A stretch of DNA of 64,000 bases from a virus. Taxonomy: Duplodnaviria; Caudoviricetes. Below are positions 56,350 to 63,979 of this stretch, in pieces (the first letter of the stretch is position 1; each line of letters opens with the position of its first letter). The translations under genes and the position numbers were made by a program. The stretch covers positions 256,001 to 320,000 of IMG/VR virus record IMGVR_UViG_3300021978_000001; one strand, 5' to 3'. The notes under the pieces are model-generated. The model did no database searches and was not told the DNA's origin. It saw only the letters and a list, made by a program, of their open reading frames with translations.

Positions 56350-57255
56350 TTACCTCGCTTGCTTGAGGAGCCAGGACCACCAGGCTTTCGCGCCGCGTGA
56401 TCCAGGTCCCACAGTGATGTAACTGTAGTCCTCATCGTTTTCTGCTTCGAGGAGATGGGGCTCTCGTGTGAGGATGTTTTTGAGATAGGGCAACAGCTCG
56501 TTCACGCGCATCTCTTCGAGGCTCTGGTAGAGCTTCTTGAGAACGCGTTGCTTCTGCTTGCGGTCAAGGTTCTTGCCCATGCTCTTGAACAGCTTGGTGT
56601 CGGATTGAGACAGGTATGCGTTCAAGGGCGCGCGTCCCTCGAAGATGCCGTCCAGGTTGAAGCTGTCGATGGCCAGGACTTCCGGGGCATAAAACAGGAT
56701 GTCATTCAACGAACCTCGCCCCACCCGCGCGAACTTGAGCTGTTCTTCGATGGCCAGGATCAGGGCACGGTGAGCCGAGCTTACTGCCTGGCTGATCATG
56801 GCACTGATTTCGTAGTCCGTGCTGATGTACTCTTGCCTGGACCCAGGGCCTCCTCGGAAATGCAAGGCCCCTTCCTTTTCATCGAGGAAGTGGGTGATCT
56901 CGTGTACCAGTCTTGACGCGATGCTCGGATCACGTGGCGTGTCCGGGTCTTCGAGCTGCTCGGGCTTGATCTTGATGTGGATCTTGTTCTGGCCGATCTC
57001 GTAATACCCTTGACTCGGGCGGTCGAGCTTGGTCCTGAATTGAATGATCAGGTACGTGTGGTCAGGGAACTCGGGTAAGACCTTCTCGACACGTAGAGTG
57101 ATCTGCACCAGTTTCTCCCCACGAAAGCGTCGGGTTGCCCAAGGTTGCTTGAGCAAGTACGCGTAGAGTAGCCGCGCTTTCCGTTGCCTTTCGCGTGCAG
57201 GTGCGCCTGCTCGACGTTCTAGGCAGTAAAAGGCAGCGACACGTTTATATAGCAT
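56350..57255 (-). CDS. HExxH metallopeptidase-like protein with N-terminal KRVAAFY motif
   Basis: RLVHEITHFLD...DYEISA; ATG 57255 behind gagg. Confidence 0.7.
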   Translation of the reverse strand: MLYKRVAAFYCLERRAGAPARERQRKARLLYAYLLKQPWATRRFRGEKLVQITLRVEKVLPEFPDHTYLIIQFRTKLDRPSQGYYEIGQNKIHIKIKPEQLEDPDTPRDPSIASRLVHEITHFLDEKEGALHFRGGPGSRQEYISTDYEISAMISQAVSSAHRALILAIEEQLKFARVGRGSLNDILFYAPEVLAIDSFNLDGIFEGRAPLNAYLSQSDTKLFKSMGKNLDRKQKQRVLKKLYQSLEEMRVNELLPYLKNILTREPHLLEAENDEDYSYITVGPGSRGAKAWWSWLLKQAR

Positions 57256-57301
57256 GATGGCCTCACAGGTTAGCTTCCAGAGATCATGCTGTATAAACCG
57301 A

Positions 57302-57661
57302 TCATTCCTCCACAGGGAGCACCGGGTTGATCTGCTCACCGCCCGAACCTTCACCACTCACGTTTTTGCATTCCTTGCACCAGGATTGCCAGTATGCCTT
57401 GCCGCGCTTTTTCATCACGCGCACACCAAAGTGTAGCATCAAGGCATCGGTGCCTTGCGCTTCGAGCATGCAGTTCGGGCACGCGTGCGTCATGGTTTCC
57501 CACAGGTCCAGTGCCATGACCTCTTCGAGCGCTTGCTCTTGTGGAATCTTGAAGCGGTTTGCGAGCGCGTTCGCGAACGTGTCTGCCTTGTCTTTGGTGA
57601 CGTTGACGTGACTGTGGAGCCACTTGGTGGCCCATACGATGCGGTCTTGCTTCGTGCTCAT
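57302..57661 (-). CDS. zinc-finger protein, paralog of 60941..61351
   Basis: CPNC...HFGVR...QSWCKEC. Confidence 0.8.
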   Translation of the reverse strand: MSTKQDRIVWATKWLHSHVNVTKDKADTFANALANRFKIPQEQALEEVMALDLWETMTHACPNCMLEAQGTDALMLHFGVRVMKKRGKAYWQSWCKECKNVSGEGSGGEQINPVLPVEE

Positions 57662-57707
57662 GTTATCCTCCTACTTCCATAACCAGGGGGTCGTCAATAC
57701 TCCACTC

Positions 57708-57737
57708 CTTTTACCACAAGGGTAGGCTAGGTGTAAA
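57708..57737 (-). promoter_or_regulatory. conserved phage promoter P13
   Basis: TTTACA-N13-TGTGG-TAAAAG. Confidence 0.65.
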
Positions 57738-57915
57738 GTAAAACTGTAAAAATAAGCAGTACAGTGGGGGTTGGTTTCGTGGCGAGGCTTTGTATCTCTA
57801 CTTTGATATACTCTGACATTTATGTCACTGTTTTGCATACAAGCCTTGAGCACGGCACAGATACCGAGGTGTAGAAAGCGAAACAGGTCTTAAAGTCTTT
57901 TAGAAGGCTTTTCTT

Positions 57916-57944
57916 TTTACACATAACCTGTCTTATGGTAACAG
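57916..57944 (+). promoter_or_regulatory. conserved phage promoter P14
   Basis: TTTACA-N12-TATGG-TAACAG. Confidence 0.8.
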
Positions 57945-58009
57945 TAATCGTAACTAGCCAGCACGACACGACACGATACACCACAGTACGGAAGACAAGG
58001 AAGGACATC

Positions 58010-58396
58010 ATGACGGAAGCAATCTATGTTGGTACGACCCCCGCAGGCGTCATCTGGAATTGGTACGGTAGAGGGGAGTTGGAGACGATGCGCGAACGCT
58101 TCGAGGTGGTGTGTCGCCAACAGCGCGCCGCCAAGCTCGTAGGCCGCGTGATCATGCACCGATGCTTCAACAAGCATCGCCGTGGTGTGGTTGTGGCGCG
58201 CTCGAAGGACGGGCACGAGGTGCTCGTGAAGATGAACATCTCGATGTACAACGGAAAGTACCGTGAGACACGGTACTTTGTTGCTGCCACCGACGATCCC
58301 AGGTGGTTGCAGTACCAGGGTGTGGTTTTCAACGTGGAAATGCTTCGTTCCTACAAGGAAGGCGAGCTTCCCCTGAAGTGGCAAGACCGCTTGTGA
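58010..58396 (+). CDS. hypothetical protein
   Basis: ATG 58010 behind aaggaagga. Confidence 0.75.
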   Translation: MTEAIYVGTTPAGVIWNWYGRGELETMRERFEVVCRQQRAAKLVGRVIMHRCFNKHRRGVVVARSKDGHEVLVKMNISMYNGKYRETRYFVAATDDPRWLQYQGVVFNVEMLRSYKEGELPLKWQDRL

Positions 58397-58436
58397 GCCT
58401 CTACGTGTCCTCTCGAAGAAAAGACCTCACTTTCCT

Positions 58437-58465
58437 TTTACGGTAGTGGGGTCTTCTGGTATCAG
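58437..58465 (+). promoter_or_regulatory. conserved phage promoter P15, embedded in a hairpin
   Basis: TTTACG-N12-TCTGG-TATCAG; aagacctcact/agtggggtctt stem encloses the -35. Confidence 0.75.
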
Positions 58466-58509
58466 TAAGTGTACGGTACGAGATACGACAACGAGACGAG
58501 AGGGATACC

Positions 58510-58989
58510 ATGCAAGACTATGATTACGACATGCCCGAGATTATCCGCAGCTCCAAGCATACCGCACGCAAGGACCACACAGACAAGTGTGAGTGCTGCA
58601 AGGGCCGCATCCTCAAGGGCCAGACGTACACCCTCGAAGTCGGGCTTGACATCCACGGGGATTTCTTCACCTCGAAAACCCACGTCGGGCGTTGCCACCT
58701 GCGCTACTGGGGCATCACTGAGGGCGAGGTGCTCGGTGAGGTTCGCAGCGCAGAAGCCAAGCCCTACATCACCGAGTACACCCGCAGCGACCTTCGCGAG
58801 AAGGCGGAAGCGGTCGAAGACCCCGAGCGTCGTGCCAGCCTCAAGGCACGCATCGCCAAAATCAAAACGGTCTGGGAATGTCCACACACAGGGTGTATGA
58901 TGTACGATGACCGCACGCCGGTGGACCCTGAGAGGTTCAAGAAGGCTGTGGAACGTATGCGCGCTCAGGACGCCGCGATGGGCTGGTGA
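58510..58989 (+). CDS. Cys/His-rich hypothetical protein
   Basis: HT..CECC...HVGRC; SD gaggga. Confidence 0.75.
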   Translation: MQDYDYDMPEIIRSSKHTARKDHTDKCECCKGRILKGQTYTLEVGLDIHGDFFTSKTHVGRCHLRYWGITEGEVLGEVRSAEAKPYITEYTRSDLREKAEAVEDPERRASLKARIAKIKTVWECPHTGCMMYDDRTPVDPERFKKAVERMRAQDAAMGW

Positions 58990-59047
58990 ACCTGTCCACA
59001 CATAGGCGAGATGCTTCGAGCGCGCTTTTCATAAGGGAGGTGCGCTC

Positions 59048-59476
59048 GTGATCGTTGGAACCAAATCATGCAACTGGACTTTAAACCATAACCGGCTCGA
59101 ACTCGGGAGAGACGCAGACAATGTGCGCCGCTCACTCGATTTCCCGGCGAGTTTGATCACGACAGTGCCCGTGGTCGAAACGTCGATCCGTCTCACGGAC
59201 AAGGGCGTGGTGTGGTCTCAGGGGCACATGGTCCTGACCATGCGTTGGGGCGGTGCGCTCTCGAACAAGCTCTTGATGTGCTTGCAGGATGAGGGCGAGG
59301 TGTTCAAGGTGCGCAACGGTAAGATTCATGGGAGGTGGTCGTTTACGATCATCCGTGGCCGTCAACTTCAAATCATCCCCGTGAAGGCTTCGGTTACCTA
59401 TACCGAGTGCGAGCCTTACCGAGACAGCCTCATTCAGTGGTACAAGGATAACTATAACGCGGAGGAGACAGAATGA
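59048..59476 (+). CDS. hypothetical protein, paralog of 59473..59916
   Basis: MIVGTKSCNW...CEPYRDSL. Confidence 0.75.
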   Translation: MIVGTKSCNWTLNHNRLELGRDADNVRRSLDFPASLITTVPVVETSIRLTDKGVVWSQGHMVLTMRWGGALSNKLLMCLQDEGEVFKVRNGKIHGRWSFTIIRGRQLQIIPVKASVTYTECEPYRDSLIQWYKDNYNAEETE

Positions 59477-59916
59477 TTGTAGGAACAAAGGCATGTAGCT
59501 GGAAGCTCGATAGGTGGTCCCACCTTGGCAAGCGATGGCGCAAGGATGGGTTCGATGCGGTTAATTTCATGGATTCGAGGCTCACGGCGATCCCTATCAT
59601 CCAGGGGTCGGTGACGTTCCTGGACGCGCGCCCCTGGATGAAATTCAATGATGGACATGATGACTGGACGATCCCTGTGCAAGATTCTTTCTGCAATGAC
59701 GTCCTGGCCGCGCTGTGTTCGAGCAAGGGCGATTACACCTTACGCTCAGGCGCCGTACACGGGCTGTGGGGGCTTCGCAAGAACGGAACCGTAATCGTGC
59801 TCACCCTCCCGCATCTTATCCCTGGTAGCGTGGACTGGGAGCCTTGCGCGCCCTACCGAGAAACGCTCTGCACGTTCCTCGAAAACCACGGCGCTGATAC
59901 GCGGATCACAAAATAG
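59473..59916 (+). CDS. hypothetical protein, paralog of 59048..59476
   Basis: MIVGTKACSW...CAPYRETL. Confidence 0.75.
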   Translation: MIVGTKACSWKLDRWSHLGKRWRKDGFDAVNFMDSRLTAIPIIQGSVTFLDARPWMKFNDGHDDWTIPVQDSFCNDVLAALCSSKGDYTLRSGAVHGLWGLRKNGTVIVLTLPHLIPGSVDWEPCAPYRETLCTFLENHGADTRITK

Positions 59917-59929
59917 TTGTGAGAAAGTT

Positions 59930-59958
59930 TTTACGCCCCCTAATCCTTGAGGTATCGG
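59930..59958 (+). promoter_or_regulatory. conserved phage promoter P16
   Basis: TTTACG-N12-TGAGG-TATCGG, then TAAGTGTACGGAACGA. Confidence 0.8.
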
Positions 59959-59999
59959 TAAGTGTACGGAACGACAACACAGACTGATACGACACGAGA

Positions 60000-60407
60000 G
60001 TGACGACCGCAGATACCTACCCACGCCGCTACTCCGCAAAGTACGAAGAAACCAAGGGCTTGAGCAACAAAGAGCTTGCAAAGCTCGTCCGCAAGGACAT
60101 CAAGGCTGCGATCAAGGCAGGCGATCTCCCCAAGATCAAGACCAGCGTGCGCAGCAGGTCGGGCGCGATTGATTGTGAGATTAAGGAAGTCCCCTTCGAT
60201 GTCTTCAGGTACCCTACCGAAGACGAGGTGAAGTGGGAGAACCGCAACCCCAAGTGGCGCAACGTCATGACGGACGAAGCCAAGCGCGTCAGGAACTTCG
60301 TCGAAGCCTTGCGTAACGCTTACAACTTCAACGGCTCGGATGCGCAGAGAGATTACTTTGACCTGCGTTACTACGGGGGCACGCAGTACAGCACGGGCCT
60401 CAAGTGA
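60000..60407 (+). CDS. stand-alone LPD29-like domain protein
   Basis: KTSVRSRSGAIDCEI...AYNFNGSDAQRDYFDLRYY. Confidence 0.65.
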   Translation: MTTADTYPRRYSAKYEETKGLSNKELAKLVRKDIKAAIKAGDLPKIKTSVRSRSGAIDCEIKEVPFDVFRYPTEDEVKWENRNPKWRNVMTDEAKRVRNFVEALRNAYNFNGSDAQRDYFDLRYYGGTQYSTGLK

Positions 60408-60434
60408 CCCTTGCCTGGGTCTCCTGAACCCTGT

Positions 60435-60474
60435 ATCCTCGTGAGGGAACCTGAACCCCTCGCGAGGATTTTTT
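60435..60474 (+). terminator. intrinsic terminator
   Basis: 13 bp stem with one G-U pair, plus T-run. Confidence 0.75.
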
Positions 60475-60726
60475 ATGGGCAAGAAGAACCGACGCAAGAA
60501 ACACAACAAGTATGCCGAGCACTCCAAGACAAGCCACTGGACGCGCAACCCGCGCGGGTCTCGTGCTTCGGATTGTACCAAGAAGGGGCGCTATCCCACG
60601 CACAGGATCGCTCAGGAGCGTATCCAACGCTACCGTGACAAGAAGGGGGTCGAGCTGACCACCTACCATTGTCATGTGTGCCAGGGTTGGCACCTGACCA
60701 GTGCCAAGAATCAGCCCCAGGAGTAG
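60475..60726 (+). CDS. small basic zinc-binding phage protein
   Basis: CTKKGRY...YHCHVCQGWHLTS. Confidence 0.7.
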   Translation: MGKKNRRKKHNKYAEHSKTSHWTRNPRGSRASDCTKKGRYPTHRIAQERIQRYRDKKGVELTTYHCHVCQGWHLTSAKNQPQE

Positions 60727-60789
60727 CGGCTCAGGTGTGATTTAGCCTGGAGTTGTGAGAAAAGTCTGTTTTCTCGATGCCTTCTTAAC

Positions 60790-60828
60790 CGCATGATCAC
60801 TGCACTTGCAGGAGGTCATGCGTTTTTT
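60790..60828 (+). terminator. intrinsic terminator
   Basis: cgcatga/tcatgcg plus inner ctgca/tgcag, T6. Confidence 0.65.
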
Positions 60829-60851
60829 CGTGCTTTTTTTGTGTGATTGTT

Positions 60852-60880
60852 TTTACGGTCTAGGTACCTTGTGGTATCAG
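60852..60880 (+). promoter_or_regulatory. conserved phage promoter P17
   Basis: TTTACG-N12-TGTGG-TATCAG, then TAAGTGTACGGAACGA. Confidence 0.8.
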
Positions 60881-60940
60881 TAAGTGTACGGAACGAAAGA
60901 CGACAACACACCACGGCACGAAAGATAAGGAAGTGATACC

Positions 60941-61351
60941 ATGACGAAAGCAATCAACGCCGCAGAAGCCAAGCACATCGCAACCCAAGACACTCGCAAA
61001 GATTTCATCGCTTGCTGGACCCACGCGAACCCCACGGACTGCCGAGAGAAGATCTCGACCCTGTATGACATGCTCGTCAAGAACTGGCCCGAGATCACAC
61101 GCGGCGGGCACCGTGGCCAGGTGGGTCGCATGAAGCCCTGGGAGACGATCGTCCACACCTGCCCATGCTGCGGAATGCAGGCACAAGGCTTGGCAGACAT
61201 CAAAGAGCACTTCGGTCTTCGCTACTACAGCGCTCGCGGCAAAACTTACCTCCAGAGCTACTGCCGAACCTGTCGCCGTGAAGGCACCGAGCAAACCGGC
61301 GCCAAGTATGTCCGAATCAACCCCGAGGTCCGCGCTGGCTTCACGAACTGA
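60941..61351 (+). CDS. zinc-finger protein, paralog of 57302..57661
   Basis: CPCC...HFGLR...QSYCRTC. Confidence 0.8.
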   Translation: MTKAINAAEAKHIATQDTRKDFIACWTHANPTDCREKISTLYDMLVKNWPEITRGGHRGQVGRMKPWETIVHTCPCCGMQAQGLADIKEHFGLRYYSARGKTYLQSYCRTCRREGTEQTGAKYVRINPEVRAGFTN

Positions 61352-61372
61352 GCCTAGCGTCCCTTCCTCAAG

Positions 61373-61403
61373 CCTCGCCTCTCTCAGAAGGGCGAGGTTT
61401 TTT
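61373..61403 (+). terminator. intrinsic terminator
   Basis: cctcgcc/ggcgagg plus T6. Confidence 0.75.
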
Positions 61404-61405
61404 CA

Positions 61406-61434
61406 TTTACGGTATATGTGCTTTGTGGTAACAA
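61406..61434 (+). promoter_or_regulatory. conserved phage promoter P18
   Basis: TTTACG-N12-TGTGG-TAACAA. Confidence 0.8.
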
Positions 61435-61484
61435 GAGCTGTACGCTGACGACACACACAGACGACACACACAGAAGAGGATACG

Positions 61485-61832
61485 ATGAAACGATTGACCT
61501 ACACGCTCAAGACCAACCAATACCATGACGACATCATCCTCGATGGTTATCAAGCGTCGGAACACTTCGGGGTCCACAAGAACAACCGAGGGTGGACCCT
61601 CACGCACCTCGCGTCGGGGCAGCGCGTGGCGTTCGGTAAGACGCGCAAGAGCTGCCAGGAGCTTGCGCAAGCGCTCGAACCCTACGTGGTCGAGGCTCAT
61701 GCAAAGGTCGAGGCACAGGGGAGCCTGGAGGCGCTGTTCGATGATAGCGAGCTGCTCAAGACTTTCCAGGACGCGTTCATGACCGAAGAGACGCGCGCGA
61801 TTATCGCCGCGCACAAGAAAGCCAACGGATAA
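61485..61832 (+). CDS. hypothetical protein
   Basis: 115 aa; GWTLTHLASG; SD gagga. Confidence 0.75.
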   Translation: MKRLTYTLKTNQYHDDIILDGYQASEHFGVHKNNRGWTLTHLASGQRVAFGKTRKSCQELAQALEPYVVEAHAKVEAQGSLEALFDDSELLKTFQDAFMTEETRAIIAAHKKANG

Positions 61833-61885
61833 TGCGCAACGCACGCGCAACACGAACACGCGCAACACAAAAGAGGAGTAGACGC

Positions 61886-62203
61886 ATGTACGACAATGAA
61901 ACGCTCGCAGAGGAAGCCAACAACGTGGCGGAGTATGCCGAACTTGGCACGGGCTGGTGGCTCGAAGTCAAGGATACCGAGAACCCCGCTCACGCGCGCG
62001 TAGAGCGCTACCACTACAACCCTGAAACCATGGAGCGCCTCGCTCTTGTCGAGGACTTCCTCGTGGACCGTGCGTACTTTCACGGCAACATGAAACGACT
62101 CCCGGATGGTTGCACGGTCGAGCAGATGGTGCGAGCATGCGCGTTGAGCCATCCCGATGTGATGGGTATCAGTGATGCGCTTCCACGTCGAGCACAGCCA
62201 TGA
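61886..62203 (+). CDS. hypothetical protein
   Basis: ATG 61886 behind gaggag. Confidence 0.7.
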   Translation: MYDNETLAEEANNVAEYAELGTGWWLEVKDTENPAHARVERYHYNPETMERLALVEDFLVDRAYFHGNMKRLPDGCTVEQMVRACALSHPDVMGISDALPRRAQP

Positions 62204-62742
62204 ATCCTCTTCACCCTGTATTGTTTCTGGACGTGGATGGTGTGCTTAACACGCGCACGTACCTGTACGAACAGAAGCTCAAGCTCGATATGCCTGACGC
62301 TCTTCCCGCGCCTCCCTTTTCGCATCGTATCGACTTCGAGATGGACCCTGCGCGTGTGGCTGTGCTCAACCGCATCTTCGACGCTGTGCCGAATCTCCAG
62401 CTCGTGTACTCGACGTTCTGGCGAGGTATCGACAAGGTAGGTGAGGCGGGTATCACGCGCGCGCTGGATAGCCATGGCTTCCGCTACACCGAGCGTTGCA
62501 TCGGTATCACGCCCACGCGCAAGACCGAAGACGGGCGCCCGCAAGAGATCGCGAACTGGTTCGTGGATAACCCGACCTTTTCCGGCTGGGCTATCGTGGT
62601 CGATGATTGCCAGGGGATCGCGGCCTTTGCGGTTCGTTCGGATCGTCCGTTCTTCCCCGTCGTGACCAGCATGGATGCAGGCGGACTTACCGATGCTCAT
62701 GTGGATCGTCTCCTCGAAGACATCAAGGCTTTGTTACCATGA
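62200..62742 (+). CDS. HAD-family phosphatase (HAD_SAK_2, RNA-repair-associated type)
   Basis: LFLDVDGVLN, VYSTFWR, VVDD. Confidence 0.8.
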   Translation: MNPLHPVLFLDVDGVLNTRTYLYEQKLKLDMPDALPAPPFSHRIDFEMDPARVAVLNRIFDAVPNLQLVYSTFWRGIDKVGEAGITRALDSHGFRYTERCIGITPTRKTEDGRPQEIANWFVDNPTFSGWAIVVDDCQGIAAFAVRSDRPFFPVVTSMDAGGLTDAHVDRLLEDIKALLP

Positions 62743-63584
62743 CCGAGTTTCTCCCCCGTTCGCTGTATCATGACCCGCGCTTGTGGTGGTTCATTCTCCC
62801 GGAGGGGAGCCGTTACGAAACCACCCAGGCGCTCGCGGAAACGATTCACCCTGCGCACGTGATCCCGGTATGTCGGGTGCTGGGTCAGAAGGTTCATGTG
62901 CGTCCAGGGTCCTCGCAGTTTATGGACGTGGTGCATCGCGGCGCCCCGGATAGACTCGCAGACCTCGCTACATGGTTCGAGGCGTCACAAAAGACGCGTT
63001 CTTATGAGGTCGAGTATGTCGAGTACAACTTCGAGCTGAACACGATCCTGGTCAGGGAGAGCCAGGAGCAGCTTGACATAAGAAAAATTCGCCTCCTGGG
63101 AGATCCTGACGAGCAGGAGCGGTTCACGTTTAAACATCACAACGGTGACTTTTGGTACGCTGTGAATGGTGATAGCAGTCGCTCCAGGGTGTATTACGTG
63201 TGTTACGAGTCCTACCTCGGTCCCGTGAAGCTGGGCTCTATCAAAGAAGGCCGCACCGATGCCTGGGATGCCGTAGAGGGTGACCCCCTTTATGCAGGGA
63301 TATTCGGGCGCCCACACGACTTCTTGCGTTGTGAGTGTTGCAAGGGCAAGCTCACCTATTACGAGCGCCAGTTCTCGGTGAATCATTGGGTACGGACTTT
63401 CGAGGATCGGGACGCCCCTGGACGCCCCTGGAAACAAAACATGGAGGTCTGGCGCCTACACTGGGCAACGTGCTTGAAGTGTCACCCCTGGCGCGGGAGC
63501 TTGACGTTATGTGGAAACGATGGTATGGAAGGGGCTATCACGCTCGCAGGGTCGGGCAACTTGACACTTATGGAGGACACATGA
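62739..63584 (+). CDS. hypothetical protein with C-terminal CxxC pairs
   Basis: ATG 62739 overlap; CECC and CLKC. Confidence 0.7.
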   Translation: MTEFLPRSLYHDPRLWWFILPEGSRYETTQALAETIHPAHVIPVCRVLGQKVHVRPGSSQFMDVVHRGAPDRLADLATWFEASQKTRSYEVEYVEYNFELNTILVRESQEQLDIRKIRLLGDPDEQERFTFKHHNGDFWYAVNGDSSRSRVYYVCYESYLGPVKLGSIKEGRTDAWDAVEGDPLYAGIFGRPHDFLRCECCKGKLTYYERQFSVNHWVRTFEDRDAPGRPWKQNMEVWRLHWATCLKCHPWRGSLTLCGNDGMEGAITLAGSGNLTLMEDT

Positions 63585-63979
63585 CGGGCTTGGCGATACT
63601 TGTGGGGCACTTGGTTGGGGATTACTTGTGGCAAAACGATTGGATGGCCAATCGAAAGGTCTACAAGAAGGATGATCCCTTGACACACTCACGGCTTCCC
63701 TGTCTCGTGCATGTGTTCCTCTACACGTTGGCAACAGCCCTGGCGGTAGAAGTGACCAACGCACTGCTGGGCAACGAAGCATGGCCCTGGTGGGCGTGGG
63801 CGATCATCGCGGGGACGCACTATCCCATGGATCGCTATCGGCTCGCCGCGCGGTATATGGACTTCGCAGGGCAACGCAAGTTCAGGGAAAACCTCGGGCC
63901 TTGGTCTCTCTTCATCGTGGATAATTCGATCCACATCGTGACATCATGGGCGGTCGCCCTCGCTGCCCTGGCATCTTGA
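63581..63979 (+). CDS. DUF3307-like membrane protein
   Basis: GHLVGDYLWQNDWMA...HVFLY...THYPMD...DNSIH. Confidence 0.75.
   Translation: MTGLAILVGHLVGDYLWQNDWMANRKVYKKDDPLTHSRLPCLVHVFLYTLATALAVEVTNALLGNEAWPWWAWAIIAGTHYPMDRYRLAARYMDFAGQRKFRENLGPWSLFIVDNSIHIVTSWAVALAALAS

Noticed and set aside
35546-61484. Repeated promoter-leader sequences as a CRISPR-like array
   Set aside because: Copies are dispersed, degenerate and each precedes a gene; no regular spacer periodicity
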